DNA from: an uncultured Bacteroidales bacterium
GTDB taxonomy: Bacteria > Bacteroidota > Bacteroidia > Bacteroidales > FEN-979
Reading direction: 5' to 3'
DNA length: 64,000 nucleotides
NCBI GenBank assembly: GCA_903959905.1
Contig: CAJBYO010000015.1
Span: 529 to 64,528 of the forward strand
The notes under the pieces were generated by a model, which made no database searches, was not told where the DNA came from, and saw nothing but the letters and a program-made list of their open reading frames with translations. Positions 1 through 10,425 of the stretch are shown here, piece by piece (positions within the stretch are counted from its first letter, which is position 1; every line of letters begins with the position of its first letter). The position numbers and the translations under genes were made by a program.

Positions 1-5
1 CCTAT

Positions 6-371
6 GTGAGAGATACAGTTGGATGGAATATAGGCCCCGGGATACATGTACAACCGCATAATGAGGTTTTGTCCTTCACCAACCCGGCGGCAAGTCAACA
101 GTACCTTGTATACTTTGGGCTTGGGTTGCTTAAATTCAAGGCGGTCATTGTAGACAAGTATTTTAACCCATTATTTACCTATTGCTCCAGGGATAGTGGT
201 CGTGTTGTGCATATTGACCTTTCGGATTCAACAAAGTTTCAGAACGGAGTGATCTACCGGATGTATTATTCGTTTTCAGCCACCGACAGCCTTCATTTCT
301 ACAAGGGGCACGGGGATATCCTGATCTGCAGGGAACAAACCCTGAATGACTGCCGGAAATATGTTCCCTGA
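6..371 (+). CDS. Hypothetical protein, probably 5'-truncated by the window edge
   Basis: 121-aa ORF from a GTG at the window edge; no recognisable motif; followed by an inverted-repeat element. Confidence 0.5.
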   Translation: MRDTVGWNIGPGIHVQPHNEVLSFTNPAASQQYLVYFGLGLLKFKAVIVDKYFNPLFTYCSRDSGRVVHIDLSDSTKFQNGVIYRMYYSFSATDSLHFYKGHGDILICREQTLNDCRKYVP

Positions 372-441
372 TACTGTTCCTGATCTTATTTGCAAAATAG
401 GCTAAAGAAAAGGGTTGTTACAACAGGCAATTATTTCTAAA

Positions 442-527
442 AACCGCAGAGACGCAGAGACGCAAAGAGGATTCAAATATATAATAATCAATACCAGAAT
501 TCTCTGCGACTTTGCGCCTCTGCGGTT
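442..527. repeat. Inverted-repeat element built from CGCAGAGA-like octamers
   Basis: Left arm aaccgcagagacgcagagacgcaaagag (442-469), right arm ctctgcgactttgcgcctctgcggtt (502-527), AT-rich spacer; lies between convergent genes. Confidence 0.85.
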
Positions 528-578
528 CAAAGAACCAAGGAGATCGACTCTCAGATTTTAATCCGTAAAGGAGTTAAT

Positions 579-3500
579 TTATCTCCCGATCAGAACGCTT
601 ACAGTGTTTGAAACGCCGTTGCCTTCAACATGAAGCCGATAGACCCCCTTTGGCAGGTTTGACAAGTCAATGCTCTTGTGAAGTTTGCCATTCAGTTTCA
701 CATTATTTTCTGTATAAACAACAACTCCCAATGTGTTGTAAACAGTCAGGTTGATCTTTGAGACTGATGGAGCGTTGATGTCGAGGCTGAATTTACCATC
801 GTTCGGGTTCGGGAAGATGGTCATCCCCAAGCCGTTGTTGTCGGAAAGTCCGAGTGTAGAGTAAAGTTTCAGCGTTTTGTCCTCTGATGCAACACTTTCT
901 CCGCAAAGGTTCACTGCCTTTACTTTTACATTCACAGATCCGCGGAAGCTTGTATTCCAGATGGCAGATCCAGTAACGGCAGTGCCGGTGATGGTGCCGG
1001 CGGATTCAGGTGACAGGGACCATGCATAACTGATGGCACCCGGAACTTCGGTGGTGATAAAGTCGTTCTGGGTGGTTCTGTTTACGTCAACACTGTCGGC
1101 CCCGGCAGGTTTTGCAGGCGCAGCAGGGGCTTCCGTTACAACCACAGGCAGAACTTCAGAGACCACGCCGGGTCCGCAGTCATTGGCACCCTGAACCTGG
1201 ATGGTGAATGATCCTGTAAAACCGGTTGCCAGGGTTAGTGTTCCGGTGGTTCCTGTTCCGGTGATGGTTCCGGCTGTTACGGGCTCCAGCGTCCAGTTAT
1301 AGCTTGCAGCACCGGTTGCACCTGTCGTTGTATAGAGTTTTCCTGCCGCATTTTTACAAAGTGCTGATTCTCCCTGCGGGGTTGCTGCCGATACCGGAAC
1401 AGAATTGACGACAACATCGTTCAATTTGAGATTTGTGCAGATACCGTTGGATGTCACATCCAGGGAAACCGCATAGGTGCCCGGATCATTGAAGGTATGT
1501 GTCGGATTCTGATCGCCGGAGAGGTTGTTTGTTCCGGAATTCGGATCACCGAAATTCCATGCCCAGCTGGTGATCGTGCCACCATTGGGGTTTGTAAGAT
1601 CAGTGAATGCAACAGGTACACCCGGGCAACCTGCGTTGGCCTGGAATTCTGCAACAGGCATGCCGGTAACCTGGATATAGGCTGTTTTGGTGACGGTTAC
1701 AGGGTCGCCGGTTGATTTGGAGACAGTGAGGGTAACGTCATGATTACCTGGCTGGGAATAAGAAATGCCTGTTGGATTTTGCACATTGCTTGTTCCCGGG
1801 GTGCCTCCCTGGAATACCCACGACCAGCTGGTCGGGTTGCCCGATGACATATCGTTGTAATCTACCGAGGAACCGATACAAAGACTGGTGGCCGTTGCAG
1901 CGAAATTGGCGACAACTGCGACAGTGGTAACGGGAACAAAATCACTGTAACGGTAATAATTATGTTTGGTGACAGTTACCTTGACCATTGAGCCCACAGG
2001 AATGACAGGAATAGTAAGGTTAACCGGGCCATTGGCACTGCCGTAGCCCGTTGCCAGGATCTGGTCGTTCAGGGTAAGGGCGATGAAAGCACTGTCAGTG
2101 GTTTGAATAGAGAATGAGGTAGTACCGAAATTGATCTCTTCATCATGGGTAACTGCAAGGGGTTGAGGAACTTCAGTATAGAGTACCTGGAATGCATCGC
2201 CAAACATGTGGAATAGCCTGTAGGTTACAAGTTTGTCGCTGGAATTGTACGGCCAGCTCGACTGTTTCAGGAAATATTTTCCGGCTGCGGCTCCAAACGC
2301 AGGCAAAACTCCGCGTGACACAGGATTGGTTCCTTCAGCAGGCATGAAATTGGGCCACATGTTGTCATACATCCCCCACACGAAGGTATCGTTGACAAAT
2401 GAATAGGAGACCTCGCTCGGGCAAACAAGTCCAAGAGCGCCTGAGTTATGGCCGTTTTTTACAAAGCGGTGAAAGTGCTCTCCGAAACATGCTGTGGAAC
2501 GCTGGTAAGCACCGGTCTGGCAATTGATGGAAAACACAAACGTGAGGTCGGTGTTGGTAAGGGCATTGATGTTTGAAATCTGGTAGGATGGTTCGCCCCA
2601 GCCTGAATATTCGCCGTGGTCCCTGTGCTGAAGCATGAATGCACCTGAGTCAATAGCCTGGTTGATCTGGGTGGCGTTGCCTCCGTCCCAGGAACCCAGC
2701 GTTGCCGGTGACGTTGGAATGTAGTTCAGTCCGTTTGGCCCGAAATAGTTTACAAGGGTGTTGGTGTTGGTGGCTGATGACCAGATCGTTCCCGGAGTTC
2801 CCTGGTATATTTTATTGATACGGCGTGGGTTCTTCCCCTGTACGGTTTTGAAGTATCCTCCGACTATCTCGGAACAAAGCTGGAACCAGCGCTCGGTTTG
2901 CCAGCCCAAAGCGGTGATTGGCTTGTCGTAAAACCTGGGATTGACGGGAGGAGTGCGTTCATAATTTAAAAATTTGGTCACCATCGTCTGCAACTGGGTG
3001 GCATCGTTGGCCGTGATCCTGGAGAAAACCACATCCGGCATTTCATCCCCGGTTACATCGGCATATTTATTATCAGAGGCATAATTCGGGTAGGCTGCCG
3101 GGTGGGTGTACAAATGAGAAATGATATTCTTTGTGCCGTCGGAACCATAGTCGCCAAGGATCAGGCAGGCAACGGGTTTGATTGTCCAGGTATTGTAAGC
3201 GTTGTCAATAAAGGCTTCAATGGCGGCAACGGTATTCCCGCCCACCTCTTCAACAGTGAATATTTTGGTTAAAATGCCCTGTTCGGTGCGGAACTGGCGG
3301 ATGGAATCTGCCCAGGATAAAAAGCCGGGGCCTGTCGGGGTGAGGATAATGTATTCGCATTCACCGGTTAGCGGCGATTTTCCGTATGCCTGGAGGCGCG
3401 CATTGTAATCAACGGCTGGGAGCGATGAATAGTTAAGCAGGTTGTCCTGTAAAATGGCATCCCACCATGTGCTGCGGAATGCGTCATTGCCAAACTGGCC

Positions 3501-4091
3501 GTTTCCGCCTTCAAATGTAAACTCCACCTTCAGGTCTTTGTACACCACGAGGTCTTTTGTTACCGGGTTATACTGGAAAGGAGTAATGCCAAGAATCACG
3601 GCATCCACACCACGCACCTGGGTAACTTCTGAAACAGATACCGGGGAGGCAGGATAAAGTTCATTTTTTGAATAGACCTGCATGTTTTTTGCATATTCAA
3701 CGGGCCGGTCGTCATTGTCGAGTGGAATACGCGGAGCAGGTACTATGTCAACGTTGTGAATGATTTCCGTGACCTGGGATACGATCCTGAACTTTGGTGT
3801 TGAACCCTGAGGGATGGCAATGTACTTACCCTTTCCTGGTAAGTTGGGCATGCCTGCATCGTTGAAGAGAAACGAACCGGGGAGGTTGATATACTTCATC
3901 GGGGTGCCCTGTACATCCTGGTTTTCAAGTGAAAAGGTGGGAACAGCGTGGGCGACAGTAATACCTGTTGTTTTGGAGTCGACCAGGTTAAATCCGGGTT
4001 TTCCTGTGATCTCGGGATACAGGAATGTCTGGCTCCATGCACTGACAGCCGACAGGAGGAACAAAGCAACAAAAAGATAAATTTTTTTCAT
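579..4091 (-). CDS. Gingipain-like C25 cysteine peptidase with propeptide, PKD domains and T9SS C-terminal domain
   Basis: Signal peptide MKKIYLF...AWS-Q, C25 motifs (YIILTP, LILGD, SDNKY, HRDHG His, SINC Cys), two PKD repeats (WSWVF, WAWNFGD), CTD (FPNP...KGVYRL). Start moved to ATG 4091 because a TAnnTTTG box overlaps the ORF-track GTG. Confidence 0.9.
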   Translation of the reverse strand: MKKIYLFVALFLLSAVSAWSQTFLYPEITGKPGFNLVDSKTTGITVAHAVPTFSLENQDVQGTPMKYINLPGSFLFNDAGMPNLPGKGKYIAIPQGSTPKFRIVSQVTEIIHNVDIVPAPRIPLDNDDRPVEYAKNMQVYSKNELYPASPVSVSEVTQVRGVDAVILGITPFQYNPVTKDLVVYKDLKVEFTFEGGNGQFGNDAFRSTWWDAILQDNLLNYSSLPAVDYNARLQAYGKSPLTGECEYIILTPTGPGFLSWADSIRQFRTEQGILTKIFTVEEVGGNTVAAIEAFIDNAYNTWTIKPVACLILGDYGSDGTKNIISHLYTHPAAYPNYASDNKYADVTGDEMPDVVFSRITANDATQLQTMVTKFLNYERTPPVNPRFYDKPITALGWQTERWFQLCSEIVGGYFKTVQGKNPRRINKIYQGTPGTIWSSATNTNTLVNYFGPNGLNYIPTSPATLGSWDGGNATQINQAIDSGAFMLQHRDHGEYSGWGEPSYQISNINALTNTDLTFVFSINCQTGAYQRSTACFGEHFHRFVKNGHNSGALGLVCPSEVSYSFVNDTFVWGMYDNMWPNFMPAEGTNPVSRGVLPAFGAAAGKYFLKQSSWPYNSSDKLVTYRLFHMFGDAFQVLYTEVPQPLAVTHDEEINFGTTSFSIQTTDSAFIALTLNDQILATGYGSANGPVNLTIPVIPVGSMVKVTVTKHNYYRYSDFVPVTTVAVVANFAATATSLCIGSSVDYNDMSSGNPTSWSWVFQGGTPGTSNVQNPTGISYSQPGNHDVTLTVSKSTGDPVTVTKTAYIQVTGMPVAEFQANAGCPGVPVAFTDLTNPNGGTITSWAWNFGDPNSGTNNLSGDQNPTHTFNDPGTYAVSLDVTSNGICTNLKLNDVVVNSVPVSAATPQGESALCKNAAGKLYTTTGATGAASYNWTLEPVTAGTITGTGTTGTLTLATGFTGSFTIQVQGANDCGPGVVSEVLPVVVTEAPAAPAKPAGADSVDVNRTTQNDFITTEVPGAISYAWSLSPESAGTITGTAVTGSAIWNTSFRGSVNVKVKAVNLCGESVASEDKTLKLYSTLGLSDNNGLGMTIFPNPNDGKFSLDINAPSVSKINLTVYNTLGVVVYTENNVKLNGKLHKSIDLSNLPKGVYRLHVEGNGVSNTVSVLIGR

Positions 4092-4135
4092 AGGGTTCAT
4101 TTTTTTAAAGGTTGACCATGAGTGGTGGATACTCA

Positions 4136-4143
4136 CAAAAGTA
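4136..4143 (-). promoter_or_regulatory. Bacteroidota sigma70 -7 box (TACTTTTG)
   Basis: Matches TAnnTTTG, ~45 nt upstream of the C25 gene ATG. Confidence 0.55.
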
Positions 4144-4359
4144 CAAAATTTACCAGATAAAAGGCTGGATGTGTGAATAATTTAACAAAAAAGTTATATT
4201 TTTTGTAAGGGGAGCTCTGTTTCCGGGAAGGTAATGCTACCGCGAATTATGGAAAAAACCTTTGAGGATGACCCGCACGGCAGCCCTAACAGGTAAAGTC
4301 AAAAAAATCAGTTCCCTGGTGCCGGGAACCGGAATGTAAAAAAAAGCGAAGAGGCCAGG

Positions 4360-6450
4360 TTACCTGGCGACCACCACCTGTTTTGTCATGACTCCTTTTG
4401 ATGAGGTTAGCCGGAGGAGGTAAACTCCGTTCACCAGCTGAGGCAATGGAATAACGGTTGATTTTGTTCCTGCGCCCGGAACGTTAATCACACCCTGCCA
4501 CATCATTTTTCCTGATACAGACATGAGATCAGCATGGAAATCAATAATTTCCGGGGAATTGAAAGTCAATGTTACATAGTCTTTGCAGGGATTGGGTGAA
4601 ACACTGCAGGAATATTCACGTGAAAAGTTCGCTGTTCCAACACTCGGGTTGTCAATCCATACTTTCAGCGCAGGATCGCCCAGCACATTGCAATCGTAAT
4701 GGCACCAGCGCTGTGCCCCGGGTTCAAATTCGCCCGGAAGGCCAACCCAGGGGGCTGTCATGATCTTTGACATGGTGTGTGCGGAGCCAATGTCAGCAAT
4801 GGCTGAATCGGGGTTCGGGTCATACATGGCACTGATGAATTCACGGTGAAGGTGCGCAGAGGGGCCTTCTGTTGTTCCCTGGTCAAACCACCCGTATCTT
4901 GAGTTGAAGACGCCGCCAACCAGGAAGTTTGATATTGAGATACTGCGTTCCGAAATACAGTCAGATTCATCAAAAGCACCGCAAATGCATCCATGTGTGT
5001 ACATCAGCTGGTAATTATGCGTGATGCCGTTAACCTGCGAAAAATTCTGATTTGTGATATCCCAGTTGTTGAGCCGCATCATGTAGGTTGCGTTTGAATG
5101 GCCGCAATGGTGAATAAATGATTGCCCTGAGTTGATGGTGCTGAGCAACTGACCAACTCCCCAGTTGTACCCCGTTGTATCATACAGTCTTGTAATGGAA
5201 TTCTGAACTGAAGGGATCCCATGTGTGGTGTAACCGTTGTCGTTGTGTTCATCAATAAGGAGTTCAAGATAATCTGAGCCATACGTGATCGGGGGGTCGT
5301 ACAGAAACTCAGAAACGAGAAGAGGCTTTGTAAACGCTTCTGCCACAGGGCTTCCCTGGTAGGAAACGGATTTGTGAACCATACTTGCCAGTTCTGTTGC
5401 ATTGCTGAACGACATGCGCCCCACTGAAATTTCGGGCAGAAGGTCATCCTCTCCGGGTTCTCCCCATTTAGTGTCTCCGTTGGTATTCCAGTTGCCGTCG
5501 AGGGCTGAATAATAAATGTCGGCCGGAATATTGTAATCTTCATATCCTGAGCCGGAAATCACGTAGCAATAAAACCCGCGGTAGGGGATATATTCAACAT
5601 CACCACCCAGGATAACCTGTTCAATGCCGTTGGCCTGGTATTCGCTGATGATGTAGTTCCTGATTTTTTCCTGCAGATCTGCTCCCGGGGATGAAGCAAT
5701 GGCTTCGGTTGTGGCGATTTGAGTCGCCTGGTACTTGTTGTTATAATAGTCGGCGAGGTCCTGGAAACCGGCCTGATACTGTGCCGGTGTGATGATCAGA
5801 ATTTTATAATTTGATTTTAAGGTTCCCTTTGCGGGATAATTTTTCATCATCCCGGGATTCTGTGCAAAATGGCTGACCCTTTTCAGTGCATTTTCCGAGG
5901 AGGTGAGATTGTTCATGGCCCTGGTGGCGTCTGCATCAGGCCGGGTGGTGATTTTCACGGTAACCTTCCGGTAATAAGAAACAGTTTGTTTCGAGGGATT
6001 ATAGACAACCGGGGTAAAGGTTGAAAGGGCAAATGCGTAACCGTTGAGGTATGAATTAAGGAGGTTTCCTGCAGGCGTGAGGGGATAATTGGCGTGGGAA
6101 CGGTAAACGGCTTCATTTTTAATGAAATTCCCGTCGGGGCCTTTTGAAAGGGGTTGCATTTGTTGCTGCGGGAAGAGTTCAAATGTTCCGGGGATCGTTG
6201 TAAGTCCTTCACCGACGATCTGAATGGAGACTGCCTTTTCTCCCGGGGGCAGCATCATGGCCACCTGGCGGTAGGGCAGCATTGGCTCGCCCTGAAGGCC
6301 TGCCTGCATGGTATTGTCAAGTGCAACTGTCTGATATGTTCCGTTCTGACCGATTTTTACCTGTGAAAACGTATAGGTTTTTTCAACATGACCGGCAAAA
6401 AGGACTGCTGACAGACAGCAAAGGGAAAAAATGGCGAAGATATTTTTCAT
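4360..6450 (-). CDS. Second C25-family cysteine peptidase with propeptide and T9SS CTD
   Basis: MKNIFAIF signal peptide, ILIITP, VILGGD, ADIYY, SVGR, HCGHS (His), THGC (Cys), NVLGDP, CTD (SPNP...GVYLLR). Confidence 0.88.
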   Translation of the reverse strand: MKNIFAIFSLCCLSAVLFAGHVEKTYTFSQVKIGQNGTYQTVALDNTMQAGLQGEPMLPYRQVAMMLPPGEKAVSIQIVGEGLTTIPGTFELFPQQQMQPLSKGPDGNFIKNEAVYRSHANYPLTPAGNLLNSYLNGYAFALSTFTPVVYNPSKQTVSYYRKVTVKITTRPDADATRAMNNLTSSENALKRVSHFAQNPGMMKNYPAKGTLKSNYKILIITPAQYQAGFQDLADYYNNKYQATQIATTEAIASSPGADLQEKIRNYIISEYQANGIEQVILGGDVEYIPYRGFYCYVISGSGYEDYNIPADIYYSALDGNWNTNGDTKWGEPGEDDLLPEISVGRMSFSNATELASMVHKSVSYQGSPVAEAFTKPLLVSEFLYDPPITYGSDYLELLIDEHNDNGYTTHGIPSVQNSITRLYDTTGYNWGVGQLLSTINSGQSFIHHCGHSNATYMMRLNNWDITNQNFSQVNGITHNYQLMYTHGCICGAFDESDCISERSISISNFLVGGVFNSRYGWFDQGTTEGPSAHLHREFISAMYDPNPDSAIADIGSAHTMSKIMTAPWVGLPGEFEPGAQRWCHYDCNVLGDPALKVWIDNPSVGTANFSREYSCSVSPNPCKDYVTLTFNSPEIIDFHADLMSVSGKMMWQGVINVPGAGTKSTVIPLPQLVNGVYLLRLTSSKGVMTKQVVVAR

Positions 6451-6514
6451 GACAGGTGATTTACAGATAGACAAAATTACAAATAATCAGGTTGCTTCAG
6501 GTTACATAAAAGTG

Positions 6515-6564
6515 AAAAAAGAGGCTGCCCCGGAAGCAGTGGATTTGTTGCGCTTCCGGGGCAG
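6515..6564 (-). terminator. Intrinsic terminator after the Omp28-like gene
   Basis: 13-bp stem ctgccccggaagc / gcttccggggcag followed closely by a U-run on the minus strand. Confidence 0.75.
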
Positions 6565-6597
6565 ACATTGTATTCCGATACTCACATTACCTGACAG

Positions 6598-8619
6598 TTA
6601 CATGATGACGATTTTTTTCTGAACCACAGAATGATCAGGTTTCTCAATCTTTAAAACATAAACACCTTTTGCCAGGGATGCCAGGTTCAGGGAGTTTCCT
6701 GTGAAGTCGCTGATGGAGTGTACCAGGTTGCCCGTGCTGTTCATGACGGTGATGTTGGCGTGGGCCACCCCGTAAAGGTATATTGTTCCTTTTGTGGGGT
6801 TCGGGTATATCCGGATGTTGTCTTTCTCATACTCGGATTGTCCCACAGCCCATTCAAAATTAACAGTATAGCGGTGATGAGCGGTGAGGTTTTCAGCAAA
6901 AACGTCAATTATGGTTGAGCCCGGGAGTTCAAGTGCAGGAACAACAATGACAGTTTCACTGGTCTCCATCGGTGTTCCGGCAACATCCGGAACCGTGGTT
7001 GTGCCGCCCGGCAGGGTAACGGTATAAGTAAAGTTATCGGGACTAAAGCCGGATATTGCAGTTCCGTTGACAGCGATATTGCTCAGGCGGGCTTCACTGC
7101 TGAACTGGCCGTTTTCAACGGAATAAGCCGACTGGTAGACTTGTTTGGAGACAGGATCCTGCACAAAAACACCTACGATCAGGTCGGTAAACTCTTCAAT
7201 GTGGGTTCCGGCGAGGTCAACAGTCTGGGTTATGGTGAAGGGCACGCGGTCAACCAGGCTGGCGGTTGTTCCTTCTGCATCTGGCACCATTTTCATCATG
7301 ACATGTTCAAAGCTTGTTTCACCGTTGCTCATGTGGTTGTTGTGTGTGATTTTCTCCATCACCACGATGTAAACCCGAACATTGTCAAAGTTGGAAAATG
7401 GCAGAACCGTTGCGTTGATATTCATCACGGTTCCTGTGATGGTGTTGCTTCCGGCGATTTTCATCATCCCGATAAGTTGTTTAGCCTGGGCAAATGATTG
7501 AACCACAGCAGACAATGTTGTTGCTGTATTGCCACCGTTTGAATACAGATCGGGAACTGCATTTACGCCATAGTACGCCCTTCGCACGCCCCCTTCCAGG
7601 GTGTAATATGGGTCGCCTGGGGCAGGCCAGCTCATCTGGTACTTCACCAGCGTGATACTGTCGGCATTGGTATTGCACCAGGGCACAAAACTGCTGTTGA
7701 AAGAGGCGCAGGGCGCGCAGGTTGAACTGGTGAATTCCTCATACAGCGGTTTTCTCGTCACCACATGACAGATCTTATATTCTGTTTTCCGCAGGGTGTC
7801 ATTGGCCTGGTTGTTGTCTGCAATTCCATTGACTTTGCTGAGCCATACAGTAAGCTGATGCGGGCCGATTGCACCTGTCATAGGCTGGCTGCAGCTGAAT
7901 TCATAAATATCCTGGGTTGCCAGTGATAAACCTGCCAAAGCTGTTGTGAAAACGGGCCCGTTGTCGACCGAGTAATTTACTTCCGCGGAGGTGATAGCGG
8001 TTAAACCTACGTTCATGATGGATCCTTTTACCATAACGGGTTCGGCAAAATAGGTTTGCGTTGCGCCCAGGGAAATGATCCCAGCGTCCAGGTTCAGCGG
8101 GTTAAAAAGTAATACGTTGTCGCAATACCAGTAATCGAGGTTATACATATTCCCGTTGAGGTAAAAGCAGATCTGGAATTCAGATTGTCCAACATCTGAA
8201 TTGGAAATAATCACATCAACCTGTTCGGGGCCGATGTTGGCAGTAGGCGTTTTTTCCCAGACAGTGCTCCATGCACCGTTGTGTGATCTTGTTGCAACAC
8301 CGACTTTAGGTGCGGGATTTGTATACCAGTCATACATGTGCCTGAACGATAATTTCACGGAGGTCAGGCCGGTTAAATTGCACATCGGGGATACCAGCCT
8401 TGTGACGGTGGTTCCCTGTACGTAGGTAAACTGGGCCTCCGGGGCGGTACCGCCGGCATTGCTTGAGTTGTTGACAGCCCATTGTGCGGGAAGTCCGTCG
8501 AGCGACCATCCGGAGGGCGGCATCTGGCCGGCGTCAAACGATTCCCACAGGTAGGTTTGTCCGAAGGAGAACAAACTCATGCTGAAGAATAATGCAAAGA
8601 GTAAAAATTTTGTCTTCAT
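6598..8619 (-). CDS. Omp28-related outer-membrane protein with thioredoxin-like CxxC and T9SS CTD
   Basis: EEFTSSTCAPC, RRAYYGVNAVP, HVMMKMVPDAEGT (Omp28-like), signal peptide ending SFG-Q, CTD IYPNP...KGVYVLKI. Confidence 0.82.
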   Translation of the reverse strand: MKTKFLLFALFFSMSLFSFGQTYLWESFDAGQMPPSGWSLDGLPAQWAVNNSSNAGGTAPEAQFTYVQGTTVTRLVSPMCNLTGLTSVKLSFRHMYDWYTNPAPKVGVATRSHNGAWSTVWEKTPTANIGPEQVDVIISNSDVGQSEFQICFYLNGNMYNLDYWYCDNVLLFNPLNLDAGIISLGATQTYFAEPVMVKGSIMNVGLTAITSAEVNYSVDNGPVFTTALAGLSLATQDIYEFSCSQPMTGAIGPHQLTVWLSKVNGIADNNQANDTLRKTEYKICHVVTRKPLYEEFTSSTCAPCASFNSSFVPWCNTNADSITLVKYQMSWPAPGDPYYTLEGGVRRAYYGVNAVPDLYSNGGNTATTLSAVVQSFAQAKQLIGMMKIAGSNTITGTVMNINATVLPFSNFDNVRVYIVVMEKITHNNHMSNGETSFEHVMMKMVPDAEGTTASLVDRVPFTITQTVDLAGTHIEEFTDLIVGVFVQDPVSKQVYQSAYSVENGQFSSEARLSNIAVNGTAISGFSPDNFTYTVTLPGGTTTVPDVAGTPMETSETVIVVPALELPGSTIIDVFAENLTAHHRYTVNFEWAVGQSEYEKDNIRIYPNPTKGTIYLYGVAHANITVMNSTGNLVHSISDFTGNSLNLASLAKGVYVLKIEKPDHSVVQKKIVIM

Positions 8620-8701
8620 GGCGAGGGTGTTAGGTGGTGTGATTTTTTTAACAATATTACAAAAATTGCCAATATCCTTTTAAAACAACACAACTTTCCT
8701 T

Positions 8702-8736
8702 AAAAAAAAGAAGGGCAGCCAACCTGGCTACCCTTC
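8702..8736 (-). terminator. Intrinsic terminator
   Basis: Stem gaagggcagcca / tggctacccttc with an 8-U tail on the minus strand, just downstream of the 8760 stop. Confidence 0.75.
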
Positions 8737-8759
8737 AGGGAATGCATTTGATTTTCAGA

Positions 8760-10292
8760 TTATTTGATGAGGATTTTCTGAGAAACCTTCATGTCGCCAT
8801 TCTGAAGATTGAGCATGTAGATGCCGGAGCTGAGGTTTGAAAGGTTGAGAGACTTCAGGGTTTTACCACTGACAGTCACGTCTTTCTCTGAGTAAACGTT
8901 CATTCCAAGGCTATTGGTAATGTTCAGGTCGGCAACGATGGTGCTTCCTGTGTTCATTTCCAGGGTAAAGCTGCCATTGCTCGGGTTCGGATAAACGGAG
9001 ACAGCAACATTCTTTGATTTTTCACCAACAAATGTACAGGCGTCCAGGTAGGTTGAAACGGCCTTTGTCGTTTCGCAGGAACCCATATTCACCGCAACGG
9101 TAAATTCGTGTGCGCCGATACCATACTGGGCATAGGTAACATCAATGGTGGGAGTGGTTGCGCCACCAGGAGTCCACAGGTAGGAAACAGCACCCGGGGT
9201 TGTTGCATCGAGGGTAATGGTTTGATACCAGCAGGCTGTCAGACCGGGATCAGCAACTACGTTTACAACAGGGCCAACCTGCATGTAGGCTGTCCTGGTA
9301 AGGGTGTCAATCTGGCTTCCGCGATCAACGATGAGTGTGACATCATAGGTGCCGCATGTGTTGTAAACAACAACAGGATCTTTGTCGGTTGATGTGGCAG
9401 GTGTGCCACCGGGGAAAATCCATTCATACGTTTCAGGAACGCCGATATAACCACCAGTGGTGGCATTGGTAAATGTTACTGATTCGCCTGTGCTCACACT
9501 GGTGGAAGGAACAGTGAAATCAGGATTGAGGTCAATTACGCCACGTTTCAGGCCCTGGAATGTTGTCCATTTCTTAACTGCGGGTGAACCTGAGCCGGCG
9601 ATGGTTCCCTGTCCGGTATCCATATTCTGCAACCAGGCAACGAACTCGCAATCTTCAAGCGGCCATGCAGCCTGCATGGTGAAATTCAGTACAACGGTTT
9701 GAACGTCGCCACTGGTAAAATCAATCAGGGTGCCGTTCTGGTCAGGAACCATCAGGCGGTTAACATGCTCCAGATGGGTCTGTCCCTGCCAGTTTTGCAT
9801 GATGTGTGACTGTGTAACAGCAAAATTCAGCTTGATATTGGTAGCGGTAACCGTTCCAACCTTGGTTACGACACAGGTTACGGTATAGTTAAGACCTGTG
9901 TGTGTTTCCGTCATGGTCATTTCCACCGGGGATGCCACAGCGATGGCAGCGTTGTATTTCGGGAGGTATGAAGTATACATGGAGTTTGTATGGCTTCCAC
10001 CTACCACAGCCTGGTTGCCGTCAAATGTGGCTGTAGGATAACCTGAAATTCCATAAAGGGAATTACGGGCATTTGAAAAATTATTGGCGTAAGAGTCGCC
10101 ATTGTGATTTTCAACCACGGCAACCTTTTTACCATTGATAAGAAGATCGTCAACGCCCATGGCAGCACCGGGACAATATGTACACCAGGTACCTGTGCCT
10201 ACTTCAACAACGACCATCTGGCGTGCTGTTGTCTGCGCCATCACAAGGATTGTGGCCATCAGGAAAATAAAAGAAAGTAGCGTTTTTTTCAT
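8760..10292 (-). CDS. Omp28-related protein with PKD domain and T9SS CTD
   Basis: EVGTGTWCTYCPGA, ARNSLYGISGYPT, HVNRLMVPDQNGT, PKD (YEWIFPGGTP...GTYDVTL), CTD VYPNP...GIYMLNL. Confidence 0.82.
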   Translation of the reverse strand: MKKTLLSFIFLMATILVMAQTTARQMVVVEVGTGTWCTYCPGAAMGVDDLLINGKKVAVVENHNGDSYANNFSNARNSLYGISGYPTATFDGNQAVVGGSHTNSMYTSYLPKYNAAIAVASPVEMTMTETHTGLNYTVTCVVTKVGTVTATNIKLNFAVTQSHIMQNWQGQTHLEHVNRLMVPDQNGTLIDFTSGDVQTVVLNFTMQAAWPLEDCEFVAWLQNMDTGQGTIAGSGSPAVKKWTTFQGLKRGVIDLNPDFTVPSTSVSTGESVTFTNATTGGYIGVPETYEWIFPGGTPATSTDKDPVVVYNTCGTYDVTLIVDRGSQIDTLTRTAYMQVGPVVNVVADPGLTACWYQTITLDATTPGAVSYLWTPGGATTPTIDVTYAQYGIGAHEFTVAVNMGSCETTKAVSTYLDACTFVGEKSKNVAVSVYPNPSNGSFTLEMNTGSTIVADLNITNSLGMNVYSEKDVTVSGKTLKSLNLSNLSSGIYMLNLQNGDMKVSQKILIK

Positions 10293-10335
10293 GTGTATGG
10301 ATTTTGTGAATGTAAACAAAGATGAATTATCACTA

Positions 10336-10343
10336 CAAAGCTA
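10336..10343 (-). promoter_or_regulatory. Bacteroidota -7 box (TAGCTTTG)
   Basis: TAnnTTTG match ~45 nt upstream of ATG 10292. Confidence 0.5.
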
Positions 10344-10346
10344 ATC

Positions 10347-10387
10347 AAAAAAAACAACAAAATGCGGACTCCCGCATTTATTTTGTT
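10347..10387 (-). terminator. Probable terminator after the ROK gene
   Basis: Stem aaatgcgg / ccgcattt with a downstream U-rich tract on the minus strand. Confidence 0.55.
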
Positions 10388-10425
10388 AGGGAGGGAATAT
10401 TTTTACCGGTTATTTCCGGGTGATG

